A stretch of DNA of 63,999 nt, counting the filler, from Octopus bimaculoides (lineage: Eukaryota), in the NCBI RefSeq assembly GCF_001194135.2. It is 9 parts of 9 records of this genome, joined end to end, with 100 filler letters (N's around TTAATTAATTAA, not from the genome) between each part and the next. Parts side by side here need not be neighbours in the genome. Positions count along the whole stretch, not along the records: positions 36,500 to 56,514 come from NC_068983.1; 8 more parts are not named here. One strand, 5' to 3'. This document shows positions 39,310 through 52,137 of the stretch, one piece after another (position 1 is the first letter of the stretch; every line of letters starts with the position of its first letter). The position numbers were made by a program, and so were the translations under genes. Under the pieces are notes generated by a model that was not told the origin of the DNA, searched no databases, and saw only the letters and a list, made by a program, of their open reading frames with translations.

Positions 39310-39695
39310 GTCATGTTGGACCACTGTACTCAGCACGATTTTTTCCTCCTCTCTCTATTTATTTCCTCTTATTCCTTTCTGTCGAAGAGCGTAGGGTCGA
39401 AACGTAAAAGACTTTTCTATTTTTCCCGAGCGTCAAACTAATACATTTGCTTGTTGTTCCTATACCTATCTTCGTCTTCTTTTTCTATAAATTTGAACTA
39501 TATATATATATTCGCCATGTTAGACCACTGATATCAACACTTTTTTTTTCATTCTCTCTCTCTCTCTCTCAGCTTATTTTCTCTTATTCCTTTCTGCCGA
39601 AGAGCGTAGGCTCGAATCGTAAAAGACTTTCACATTTTCCCAACTGTCAAACTAATACATTTGCTTGGTGTTCCTACAAATGTCTTCGTCTTTGC
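39310..39695 (+). repeat. Tandem pair (215-bp period) of a pLTR-like repeat carrying hammerhead-like motifs
   Basis: Cores CTGTCGA-A-GAGC-GTAG-GGTC-GAAACGT-A-AAAG at 39379 and CTGCCGA-A-GAGC-GTAG-GCTC-GAATCGT-A-AAAG at 39594. Further family copies on the minus strand at ~25883-25982 and ~50775-50935. Confidence 0.7.
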
Positions 39696-40992
39696 AGTTC
39701 GGCAAAAGATACCGATAGAATAAGTACTAGGCTTACAAAGAATAAATCCTGTGATCGATCCGTTCGACTAAAGGCGCTGCCCCCAGCATGTCCGCAATCA
39801 AATAACTGAAACAAGTAAAAGAATGAAAGAATAAAATAATAATATTTAATTATGAAAATATAATGATAGGGATTTTTTAATGGCTGTGAGGATCCAGTTG
39901 ACTAAACTAGGAATCACCGGGGATCCATAGGTAAAAGATGGTTGAGAACGTCTGGTCTAACGCTACGTTTGAAAAAGAAAGAGAGGAAGACGGAAACGTG
40001 CATGACGGACAATCTTGAAAACCAACATGGCCAGAAGTAGAGAACAGCGTAATCGACAGAAACCAGTGACGTCAACTTGTTGAGTAACGTCTTTTACTCT
40101 TTTACTCTTTCACTTGTTTCAGTCATTTGACTGTGGCCATGCTGGAGCATCGCCTTTATAGTCGAACAAATCGACCCCAGGACTTATTCTCTCTAAGCCT
40201 AGTACTTATTCTATCGGTCTCTCTTGACGAACCTCTAAGTTACGGGGACGTAAACACACCAGTATCGGTTGTCAAGCGATGCTGGTGAGGACAAACACAG
40301 ACGCACAAACATATACACACACATACATACATACACATATATATATATANNNNNNNNNNNNNNNNNNNNNNNNNNNNNNNNNNNNNNNNNNNNNNNNNNN
40401 NNNNNNNNNNNNNNNNNNNNNNNNNNNNNNNNNNNNNNNNNNNNNNNNNNNNNNNNNNNNNNNNNNNNNNNNNNNNNNNNNNNNNNNNNNNNNNNNNNNN
40501 NNNNNNNNNNNNNNNNNNNNNNNNNNNNNNNNNNNNNNNNNNNNNNNNNNNNNNNNNNNNNNNNNNNNNNNNTATATATACGACGGGCTTCTTTCAGTTT
40601 CCCTCTACCAAATTCACTCACAAGGTTTGGTCGGCCCGAGGCTATACTAGAAGACACTTGCCCAAAGTGCCATGCAGTGGGACTGAACCCAGAACCATGT
40701 GGTTGGTAAGCAAGCTACTTACCACACAGCCACTCCTGCGCCTACAGAATAAAATATAGAACGCTTCACGAATTTGCATGTCATCTTTGCATGTGCTCAA
40801 GAACACGAAAAGAATTGAATTGAAGTGAAGAAGTTCTTAATTCCCAATCGTCTTACAGCTCGCCAAGCACTCACTCGGGTTTTCTAAGTCGCTTTCACAA
40901 TTGTTAGATAATCGTCGACGCTACGCTGCGTCAGTTCGCCATTTTGACGTCTTGTTTGTGTCTGCTGGATTTCTTACAATCCTCCTCACCAG

Positions 40993-41199
40993 GTAGACCT
41001 GGGTGGGGGAACCGGTTTTGTCAGTGACCACTCGGCGATGCAACAGGTTAGACCGGACGACGGCATGTTGCCAGAAGTACTCGAGAGCGAACTGACGTCA
41101 GACCGGAAGCTAAGCAGCAACAAAGACGACATTATGAACAATATCTCTACCACTATTACCTTGAAACAAGTTGCAAGATTTGCTAGAAATAGCAACTAA
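40993..41199 (+). CDS. Candidate orphan terminal exon (VDLGGGTGFVSDHSAMQQVRPDDGMLPEVLESELTSDRKLSSNKDDIMNNISTTITLKQVARFARNSN*)
   Basis: 68 open codons after a pyrimidine-rich acceptor cctcctcaccag|GTA; GC- and CpG-richer than the surroundings; no recognised homology. Confidence 0.3.
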   Translation, partial: VDLGGGTGFVSDHSAMQQVRPDDGMLPEVLESELTSDRKLSSNKDDIMNNISTTITLKQVARFARNSN

Positions 41200-41436
41200 A
41201 TCGCTCACAATCACGCAGTACCACTTTAAAATCACTATCAACATGAGAATATCAACTAAGACATTACCAAACCACCACCACTGCCACCACCGCCACCACC
41301 AGTACTCAGTTTTTTAAAGCCAAGTACTTATTCTAGCAGTCTCTTTCACCGAAACACTAGTTTACGGGGACATAAACACACCAAAGCCAGTTGGCAAGCA
41401 GTGATGGGGTACAAACACAAACACAAAGATGTAAAC

Positions 41437-41471
<35 letters not shown>

Positions 41472-42299
41472 NNNNNNNNNNNNNNNNNNNNNNNNNNNNN
41501 NNNNNNNNNNNNNNNNNNNNNNNNNNNNNNNNNNNNNNNNNNNNNNNNNNNNNNNNNNNNNNNNNNNNNNNNNNNNNNNNNNNNNNNNNNNNNNNNNNNN
41601 NNNNNNNNNNNNNNNNNNNNNNNNNNNNNNNNNNNNNNNNNNNNNNNNNNNNNNNNNNNNNNNNNNNNNNNNNNNNNNNNNNNNNNNNNNNNNNNNNNNN
41701 NNNNNNNNNNNNNNNNNNNNNNNNNNNNNNNNNNNNNNNNNNNNNNNNNNNNNNNNNNNNNNNNNNNNNNNNNNNNNNNNNNNNNNNNNNNNNNNNNNNN
41801 NNNNNNNNNNNNNNNNNNNNNNNNNNNNNNNNNNNNNNNNNNNNNNNNNNNNNNNNNNNNNNNNNNNNNNNNNNNNNNNNNNNNNNNNNNNNNNNNNNNN
41901 NNNNNNNNNNNNNNNNNNNNNNNNNNNNNNNNNNNNNNNNNNNNNNNNNNNNNNNNNNNNNNNNNNNNNNNNNNNNNNNNNNNNNNNNNNNNNNNNNNNN
42001 NNNNNNNNNNNNNNNNNNNNNNNNNNNNNNNNNNNNNNNNNNNNNNNNNNNNNNNNNNNNNNNNNNNNNNNNNNNNNNNNNNNNNNNNNNNNNNNNNNNN
42101 NNNNNNNNNNNNNNNNNNNNNNNNNNNNNNNNNNNNNNNNNNNNNNNNNNNNNNNNNNNNNNNNNNNNNNNNNNNNNNNNNNNNGATAGAAGAAGTACTA
42201 GGCTTACAAAGAATAAGTCATGAGGTCGATTTGCTCGACTAAAGGCGGTGCTCCAGCATGGCCGCAGTCAAATGATTGAAACAAGTAAAAGAGTAAAAG

Positions 42300-42375
<76 letters not shown>

Positions 42376-44198
42376 GTATATACATACGACAGGTTTCATT
42401 CAGTTTCCATCTACAAAATCCATTCACAAGGCTTTGGTTGGCCCGAGGCTATTAGTAGAAGACACTTGCCCGAGGTGCCACGCAGTGAGACTGAACCGGG
42501 AACCATGTGGTGGGGAAGCAAGCATTCTTACCACACAGCCGCACACATATACACTCACATATGCACAGACACACACATACATGCGTATTAGTATATATAC
42601 TTATGTTTCTATGTGTGTGTATATATACATTCGTAAATGTGTGTATTTATATCTATCTATGTATCTATTTGTCTATTTGCCTCTCTGTCTTTTTATCTAT
42701 TTCTCTATCTCTCTATCTATTCATCTAACTGTCTATCTCCTTCCTTCACCAAAAGTCAATCGCATAAGAATAGCCACTGAAAAGGTGATTACTATGGAGG
42801 TGCTCCAGTATGACCACAAACTTTGGGCTGAAACATAGAAAAGAAAAGAATAGAAGAAATATATATAGAGAGATAGATAGATAGAGAGATAGATAGATAC
42901 ATACATACATACANNNNNNNNNNNNNNNNNNNNNNNNNNNNNNNNNNNNNNNNNNNNNNNNNNNNNNNNNNNNNNNNNNNNNNNNNNNNNNNNNNNNNNN
43001 NNNNNNNNNNNNNNNNNNNNNNNNNNNNNNNNNNNNNNNNNNNNNNNNNNNNNNNNNNNNNNNNNNNNNNNNNNNNNNNNNNNNNNNNNNNNNNNNNNNN
43101 NNNNNNNNNNNNNNNNNNNNNNNNNNNNNNNNNNNNNNNNNNNNNNNNNNNNNNNNNNNNNNNNNNNNNNNNNNNNNNNNNNNNNNNNNNNNNNNNNNNN
43201 NNNNNNNNNNNNNNNNNNNNNNNNNNNNNNNNNNNNNNNNNNNNNNNNNNNNNNNNNNNNNNNNNNNNNNNNNNNNNNNNNNNNNNNNNNNNNNNNNNNN
43301 NNNNNNNNNNNNNNNNNNNNNNNNNNNNNNNNNNNNNNNNNNNNNNNNNNNNNNNNNNNNNNNNNNNNNNNNNNNNNNNNNNNNNNNNNNTATATATATA
43401 TACACGCACACACACACACACATACTTAACTAGTTATATATAAGTAGTTATTCATGTGTAGATAGAATCATATGTACACACACACATCATCATCATCATC
43501 ATCATCATCGACCACGTGTATAAATACATATATACTCATACATGGACGTGCATATTTACACGCATACATAAATGCACACATACATGCACACACATACACT
43601 TGTATCATACACACATAAATAGACACGTACATACATACATACATGCATGTATACATACATACATGCATACATGCATACACACGCACATACATATATACAC
43701 ACACGATTATGCATACACGCATACAGGCATATATACATGCAAACACATATTCATACACACACGCACATGCGTATAGCTACACAAACCGTCACATCTGAGT
43801 TCCGTTGACCTTTCTCAATGAATCTCAATCAAGCCACCATTTCATAATTAATACCCTATACAAGACATAATCTTGGCGATAGAAATTCCTTGATTTTCAC
43901 CAATTCACCAATTCCGACAGTTTGCGAAGGACAAGATTTCTTTTCTCCTCTCTGCTCCAATTAAATCACTTCACTTAAGCGTATTGAGTCCTCATCGATC
44001 TTAATATGTTATGCTTTTATTTTTCTGTTACGCTAATTGTGTGGGGGTGAGTGGGCGATGGGAGCGGAGGCGGGGATAAGGCATCAGTTCTTTCTGTTAG
44101 TGTCAAAGAGCGCAAGGTAAGCAGCTCCAGGCGAACCGATTTCCAAGAACACATTTCCAAATTCTCAGTTGTTGAGGGCGATTCACTTTCTTTAGGTC

Positions 44199-44200
44199 GT

Positions 44201-44250
<50 letters not shown>

Positions 44251-44300
44251 ACAGCAGCAGCAGTAATAGTCGTAGTAGCAGCAGCAACACCAGTAGAGGC

Positions 44301-44335
<35 letters not shown>

Positions 44336-44399
44336 CAGCAGTAGTAGTAGTAGTAGTAGTAGTAGCAGTAGTAGTAGCAGTAGTAGCAGTAGTAGTAGC

Positions 44400-44452
<53 letters not shown>

Positions 44453-44538
44453 TAGCAGCAGCAGCAACAGTAGTAGTAGTCCTAGTAGCAATAGCAGTAG
44501 AGGTGGTACTAGTAGTAGTAGTAGTAGTAGTAGTAGTT

Positions 44539-44589
<51 letters not shown>

Positions 44590-44590
44590 A
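44199..44590. repeat. (AGT)n/(AGC)n trinucleotide tract
   Basis: Directly visible; source of the poly-L/V/Y ORFs. Confidence 0.97.
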
Positions 44591-44854
44591 AGCAATGATG
44601 GTCTGCAACATTGTAATAAGTCCGGCAATGTTAGCGGGTGGGGGGAGCAATTCGATGCCATTTCTTTCAGAAACACAATGGTCTTTGAAGAAGGTGAGCG
44701 TTGTACTTGTTGTTGTTGTTGTTGGAGCATTTGGGCTTCTGTGAATATCGAACTCACAAACTGGATTGAAGCGGTAGGAGGAAATGTAACGATAGATCAT
44801 CTACGAAGGAATCTTCCTCAAAGTTCTTGGAATCTGAATGGTGTTACCTTTCTC

Positions 44855-45002
44855 CGATGATTCCAAACCTGTGGTCCGCAAAGGTAGTATTGTTGAACCG
44901 CGAACATATTAAGTTGACAGACCTTTCAATAATCCTGGGGTCCGTGGGCGAACCCATTTAAATAAATGGGGTCCTTGGTAGTGAAAAAGTTGGGAACCAC
45001 TG
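44855..45002. mobile_element. Old hAT-type MITE
   Basis: Right TIR AAAAGTTGGGAACCACTG; degenerate left TIR CGATGATTCCAAACC; flanking 8-mers CCTTTCTC / CCTTAGTC match 6 of 8. Confidence 0.6.
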
Positions 45003-45034
45003 CCTTAGTCCATTGGTTATGGACAACCGATACC

Positions 45035-45554
45035 ATGTTACATTCTCCAGTATACAGACCGGACCATCAGAGCTAATAGGCCAGATTTCGTTTTGAAACA
45101 CCAAAACAATAAAATCTGTTTATTGATTGACATGAGCATACTCTGTGACCATAATATCTCGGCAAAAGTATGTGATAAGCTCAGAAAAGATAAAGATTTG
45201 CTGATTGAAATCGAAAAAATGTGGCATCTCAAGACGGTTACAATACCAAGGGTTGTAGGAGCACTTGGAAAGATCAAAACAGGAACTGAAAATTATTTGA
45301 GGATGATCCCTGGCATACCATCCATGCAGGAAGTACAAAAGATTGTCTAAACTGATACGTCACACGTATTGAGATGACCATTGTCGCTGTAAATTTTCTT
45401 TCTTTTTTTCCTTTATGTTTTCACTTCTTTTTTTTTCTTTCTTTCTTTCTTCCCTCTTGTTTTTCTACCACATGACTTTGTAAATGAACAATCTGATGTT
45501 TTTATTTTAATGGCCAACCAATGTATACAGTGAGTTTCTTTGGCCTAGGTGTCG

Positions 45555-45555
<1 letters not shown>
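45035..45555 (+). mobile_element. R4/Dong 3' fragment with restriction-like endonuclease domain, 3' UTR and (TAA)n tail
   Basis: RPDF..KHQNNKICLLIDMSILCDHNISAK...DLLIEIEKMWHLKTVTIPRVVGALG...QEVQKIV; (TAA)n at 45556-45625. Confidence 0.85.
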
Positions 45556-45625
<70 letters not shown>

Positions 45626-45771
45626 TTCAGAAAATAGTGTTGCTAGGTTCCGCACACATTTTACGCCGTGTAGTCTCCATGAGATGAGGATCTGCTGTGA
45701 CCCTAGGGTCAAGGGATGACCCCGGTTCAGCAGAAGACAACGGACTACATTTTATTTTTGAAAAAAAAAAA
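45626..45771 (+). mobile_element. Very short R4/Dong 3'-terminal insertion inside the (TAA)n tract
   Basis: Encodes LQKIVLLGSAHILRRVVSMR* (R4-type ORF end), then a short 3' UTR, an A-tract and TAA repeats. Confidence 0.7.
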
Positions 45772-47764
45772 ATAATAATATTAATAAGTACCAGACATTG
45801 ACTCTCATGGCTTCTGATCTTAAATGATTGGAAGTGTTATCATGTACATTGTTGTGTCTTTGTATAAAAAATGGGCTACAGCAAATATTCTGCCCAATAC
45901 CACCGATTTGCTTGTCAATTGTTTGACCTTAACCAGTTGGGCATGTCTCTTGGTAGCTGATGATATGTGCATCTCTGATCACGAGCAGAAGTAGTGGGGG
46001 AGCATGATAGCCATGTGTCGAGAGGAATTCTTTGGAGTTTGAATAATTCACTTCTGGAAAACGTGGGTGTTTTGTTCAACACCCTTAACCATCCTTTATT
46101 CAAGGAGCTTTATGTATAAAACAGTATCAGAACGTGGACGATGTTTGTCCAAAATATAGTACCAGTCATTAACAACGGTTAATTCCGTCCATGATCGATA
46201 AAATGATCGCCATATATTTACTGGGGTCAATCCAATTGACGATGTTTACTCCCTTGACCCGTGGTTGGCAATAAGCCAATGTAATCAATACAAACTACAG
46301 GTGAAAAGTATTTATTCTCGGTCACCTTTCATCGCTCTTTCGTTATCGATTCCAGTGAAGTTACGCGAAACAGGAATCTACTAATTCATGTAATACGATT
46401 ATGCATACAATATCAAATTTAAAAAGCGAATCGAAATAATGGGCCGCAGAGTAATGGCTTCGAATTTAAACCGACATTTTCTCTTCCAGCATCGCTAGCC
46501 TTGTATCTTTCTCTTTCTCAAATCTCTTTTGACCGCTTAATTTACCCACTTTCCATCTCTCTCTCTATCTCTATCTCTATCTCTCTCTCTCTCACTCTCT
46601 CTCTCTCTCTCACTCTCTCTCTCCCTCTCTCTGTCTATTTCTATCTATCTATTTAGCTCTCTCTCTCTCTTTCCCTCTCTCAATCTTTCTGTTCCCCATC
46701 GGGTTCTCTTTCAAATTCTCTTTATCAACCATTTTTTTTTCTTTACAAATATCCACTGCATCTCTACTAATCCGCACGTTTTCTGACCTTCCTTCTTTAT
46801 CTATATTTATATGTATNNNNNNNNNNNNNNNNNNNNNNNNNNNNNNNNNNNNNNNNNNNNNNNNNNNNNNNNNNNNNNNNNNNNNNNNNNNNNNNNNNNN
46901 NNNNNNNNNNNNNNNNNNNNNNNNNNNNNNNNNNNNNNNNNNNNNNNNNNNNNNNNNNNNNNNNNNNNNNNNNNNNNNNNNNNNNNNNNNNNNNNNNNNN
47001 NNNNNNNNNNNNNNNNNNNNNNNNNNNNNNNNNNNNNNNNNNNNNNNNNNNNNNNNNNNNNNNNNNNNNNNNNNNNNNNNNNNNNNNNNNNNNNNNNNNN
47101 NNNNNNNNNNNNNNNNNNNNNNNNNNNNNNNNNNNNNNNNNNNNNNNNNNNNNNNNNNNNNNNNNNNNNNNNNNNNNNNNNNNNNNNNNNNNNNNNNNNN
47201 NNNNNNNNNNNNNNNNNNNNNNNNNNNNNNNNNNNNNNNNNNNNNNNNNNNNNNNNNNNNNNNNNNNNNNNNNNNNNNNNNNNNNNNNNNNNNNNNNNNN
47301 NNNNNNNNNNNNNNNNNNNNNNNNNNNNNNNNNNNNNNNNNNNNNNNNNNNNNNNNNNNNNNNNNNNNNNNNNNNNNNNNNNNNNNNNNNNNNNNNNNNN
47401 NNNNNNNNNNNNNNNNNNNNNNNNNNNNNNNNNNNNNNNNNNNNNNNNNNNNNNNNNNNNNNNNNNNNNNNNNNNNNNNNNNNNNNNNNNNNNNNNNNNN
47501 NNNNNNNNNNNNNNNNNNNNNNNNNNNNNNNNNNNNNNNNNNNNNNNNNNNNNNNNNNNNNNNNNNNNNNNNNNNNNNNNNNNNNNNNNNNNNNNNNNNN
47601 NNNNNNNNNNNNNNNNNNNNNNNNNNNNNNNNNNNNNNNNNNNNNNNNNNNNNNNNNNNNNNNNNNNNNCATAGGTCAACCAGGCCACGCTGAAGCCAAT
47701 TTCGGCATTTCGACAGCGCACACTTTTACAGAAAAACAACCACAGTACCAGCAACAGTAGCAGC

Positions 47765-47827
<63 letters not shown>

Positions 47828-48324
47828 TTTTGTTGTTGTTTCAGCAGCAGGAGATGGCAAATTGCAATGCAGCATTGTAAACCAGGTTCTGTTTGCAGCT
47901 GATAACCGAAGACTGGGTCGTGAACTTCTCTTGTTGAATGAACTGCCTCCACCGCCAACGTTTACAGCATTTCCAGTTCTTGAAACCCGAAGCTCTCTAG
48001 GACGCTGTTTTTTTTGTTACTGAATTCACTCGTTGGACTGCGGCCATGCTGGGGCGTTACCTACAAAGATGGTGTGATGTTTATAATGACCCCTACTACT
48101 TATTTCGTCGACCTCGGAAGGAAGAAATACAAATCTGAATTAGGTGAAGTTTGAACTCGGAACGGAAGGGGTTTCTAACGGTATGTCGTCTGTTTTTGGA
48201 CAAGAAAAAGAGGTGGGGATGGGGTGAAATAGCAAGAAATGGAAGGAGAATTATGGTGGAAGAGAGGAAGAAAGAGACGGAGGGAATAAGTAGATGGATA
48301 AGAGTGTAGAAGATGCGTTGGAGG

Positions 48325-48576
48325 AAGGAAGGATGGAAGGAAAGAAAGAAAGAAAGAAAGAAAGAAACAGATGGAAAGTGCAAAAGTTAGAAAGAGATAG
48401 AGATTTAAAAGAGTAAGGGTAGAAGATGCGTAGGAAGGAAGGAAGGAAGGAAGGAAGGACGGGAGGAAGGAAGGAAGGAAGGAACGAACGAACGAACGAA
48501 CGAACGAACGAACGAATGAGCGAACGAACGAACGAACGAACGAACGAAGACAGAAAAAGAAAGAAAGAAAAAAGGA

Positions 48577-48608
<32 letters not shown>

Positions 48609-48638
48609 GACAAACAAACAAACAAACAAACAAACAAA
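48325..48638. repeat. Compound (GAAA)n-(GGAA)n-(CGAA)n-(GAAA)n-(CAAA)n microsatellite
   Basis: Directly visible. Confidence 0.95.
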
Positions 48639-48899
48639 GAAATCTCCCACTGAGGAGGGAGCTGGTTTCCAACAAAGATACAAGGCTCCATCATTGGGAT
48701 GTAGTTAACTCAGACAAATTCACATTTAGAACTTGAGAAAAGTCTTGCATATTTTTACTGTTCCACTCACAGATTGCACTTCTAATGTACGAATTAGTCA
48801 GTCGACTTTATGCATGTAAGTATGTATGTATGTATGTTTGTCTCTCTGTCTATAGGTTTGGGCCAGAATTGGCCTAGGTCATGCCTAAATTAATAGAAC

Positions 48900-49110
48900 C
48901 ACTTGGAAAAGACATTTAAGGATGTTCCATATTACAGTCATTCTTTGAGCTCCGTAGCTCATTCGAGTAAAGGGTTATTGTTTGTAGGGATATATCTGGG
49001 TCTAGGATTTCGTTGTAGATTTTCATCCAGAAGCCGTCTTAATGTTATGAGATCTGTTCCTCCTCTCGTGTTTTGGCATGATACTAAATAGAGCAGGGCC
49101 AGTTGAAGTG
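48900..49110 (-). mobile_element. CR1-group LINE 3' end remnant
   Basis: GPALFSIMPK...LRRLLDENLQRNP..YIPTNNNPLLE resembles CR1/L2-group ORF2 C-termini (GPxLFNxLP...FKxxLDxxL). Confidence 0.5.
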
Positions 49111-49369
49111 AAGCACTTCAGTCTTAGTGTTATGATGTGACATAAGCATGAGTTCTTACAGAGAGCGGATGGCAGAGGGAACAAGCCTTGGGTGAATTTT
49201 AAATTTCACGCAAACATCAGTTGAGCAATATTGTTGAATATTTCCATCAAAATACGAATAATATAGCGCTAACGGTCATCGTTATGACCATCGATGTCCC
49301 ACGCCGTGGCTAACTTAATTGCACCTCCTGGAACAGTCTCTTAAGTTGTTATGTTTTAGGACTTCATAC

Positions 49370-49620
49370 CCTACTCGAGGAAGGAGATTTATTGATTGAA
49401 ATGTATCCATGTGCTGGCGGTTTGTCTGGTATTTCTGAGGAAAATTTGTCCAGGTAACTTTTGAATATATCGGGACATTTCCTTCTGTGATTTATTTCCG
49501 AATATTGTTGACTAAGGCAGGACTAGTTGAGGCGAAAGAAAAAGAAGGTTATGTCGCAATGTTATTATGGGATGGAAGTTCGGTTTTTGTACAGGGCGTA
49601 TGGCTCCGGGCCAAGCCTTG
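49370..49620 (-). mobile_element. CR1-group LINE 3' end remnant
   Basis: Reverse-strand remnants ending FKSYLDKFSSEIPDKPPAHGY, a C-terminal motif of CR1-group ORF2. Confidence 0.55.
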
Positions 49621-49982
49621 ACTAAGGTATGAACATCATATTGGCATTGTTTGCACAGTGATGATAGAATATTTTACACACACACATACACACATGTACA
49701 TACATATACATATATCCATATAAATATATGTTGATATATATACATATATATGTACATAACAGGGGATGTTTGTGACTGTAAGTATAAATATATACATGTA
49801 TACATAGCGCGTACGTACATATACGTGTATGTAGTTTACATGCATATTTATATACATACATATCTAATGCATATATATAAGCTACGTAAAGTCGCACTTA
49901 CGTATGTATATATGTACGTACACATATATGCATATATCCTTTCAGCATATAGGCAAGAATTTTTTCTATGCCCTTAATTATA

Positions 49983-50033
<51 letters not shown>

Positions 50034-50437
50034 GTATGTATGTATATATGTATGTATATATATATGTGTATGTATGTATATATACATATATATATAAGTA
50101 TATACGGATATATATAAATACGTATATGCATATATAAATATGTGTGTGTGAATGTGCGGATGTATATTGGAAATATAATATAACTGCACTATAAATAAGT
50201 AAACAGGCAGACATAGAAATTCACACACGCACACACACACACACACATGCACACACACGCACATCTATGTGTGCATTAAATATAGTTGTTCTACTGGAAA
50301 GCTTCCAGTGAGTGACCCACGCTTGACCCATCGCTAAGTCCAATAAAATTACTAACCATATTGGCAGCAGCGGCTACTACTGGTCAATGTTAACACTGGA
50401 ACACTTAAAACCGATAAGAGGTCAATTCTTGTGGCAG

Positions 50438-50531
<94 letters not shown>

Positions 50532-51629
50532 CATATATACACAAATACATATACATGTGAATATATGAATACATATGTATAATATATACATATGTATATA
50601 CATATATATATATATATACATATATACATACATACATATAATATATATATATATGTGTGTATGTATATATANNNNNNNNNNNNNNNNNNNNNNNNNNNNN
50701 NNNNNNNNNNNNNNNNNNNNNNNNNNNNNNNNNNNNNNNNNNNNNNNATATATATATATATATATATATATATACGAGAATTTACAAAATAACAAAAGAC
50801 GAAGACGGGTGTGTAAACAACAAACAGATGTAATGTTTAACGCTCGGGAAGTGAGAAAGTATTTTACGTTTCGAGCCTCAACAAAAAGGAACACAGAAAT
50901 AAACAGGGAGAGAAAATAAAAAAAGATTTAGTGGCTAGTGATCTATCATGGCGATCTGAATAGCTCGCCGTTGCTGGACAATTGTTTTAATAAAATGTCT
51001 TATATAATTTTTTGTTTACTCTGTGTCACACCATGCTTTCCCCGACAGATAGGCGTCTTGATTAGGACAGATATGTGCAATTTTTCGCAAAAATCTTCGT
51101 TGGGGATTTTTTTCCTTTTTAAATTATTTACATGTCTGTTCGACCATTTTACACCACTTTACTCATTAAAATTTATTAAAACTTGACAAATTCTTACAAC
51201 TTTGGTCGTCGTAATGCTGTGCTTTCGTTCGTTTAATAACAATTCTTCCTCCTAATGATTTCGCTTTCACTTTGTGATAGACAGCCATCATGCAGAAACT
51301 GCCAGCTTCCAAATCCTGCTTTGTAATTAAATAAAACTGATTAAATTCTACACATCAGTAACATTTTTCTGCAATTTTTCTGGAACAAATAAATAACGAA
51401 ATCGGATTTTACGTGGAAAATTATTTTAAGATACTGAATTTGAAAATTTTGATGTAATTCTACAATCTCAAAATATGTGACAGTAGTAGGGAAGACCCTA
51501 CAAAAGTAGAGAGACAAACAGTTATAGGGCGTAGCACAGAAGAACACACACACACACAAATGTACACGCAGGTAATCGAGAGTTTAAAATGGTGTATAGC
51601 AGAAATATGTATGTGAATATATGTATACG

Positions 51630-51689
<60 letters not shown>

Positions 51690-51692
<3 letters not shown>

Positions 51693-52068
51693 GCGCGAGC
51701 GTAGTTATGAGATAAGAAGCTCACTTCCCAACCACAAGGTTCCGGGTTCAGTCCCACTGCGTGGCACCTTGGGCAAGTGTCTTCTCCTATAGCTTCGGAC
51801 CAAGCAAAGCCTTGTGAGTGGATTTGGTAGACAGAAACTGAAAGAAGCCCGTCGTATATATATGAGTGTGTGTTTGTCCCCCCACCACCACTGCTTGGCA
51901 ACTGATGTTGGTGTGTTTACGTCCTCGTAACTTAGGCGGTTCGGCAAAAGGCACGGATAGAATAAGTACTAGGCTTACAAAGAACAAGTCCTCCGGTCGA
52001 TTTGTCCAACTAAAGGCGGTGCTCCAGCTTGGCTGCAGTCAAATGACTGAAACAAGCAAAAGAATAAA
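51690..52068 (+). mobile_element. tRNA-derived SINE family B, near full-length copy
   Basis: Head with B-box-like GGTTCAGTCCC, central GCACCTTGGGCAAGTGTC, 3' AAATGACTGAAACAAG..AAAAGA. Partial copies at ~3064-3225(-), 6836-6985, 11620-11760, 35115-35240(-), 40090-40745(-), 42385-42545(-), 61550-62060, 63065-63230(-). Confidence 0.85.
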
Positions 52069-52137
52069 AATATATATATATACGTTATTTACATTATTTA
52101 CAATTGACGGATATTTGTCCTCATCTTGCTTGTTGTT

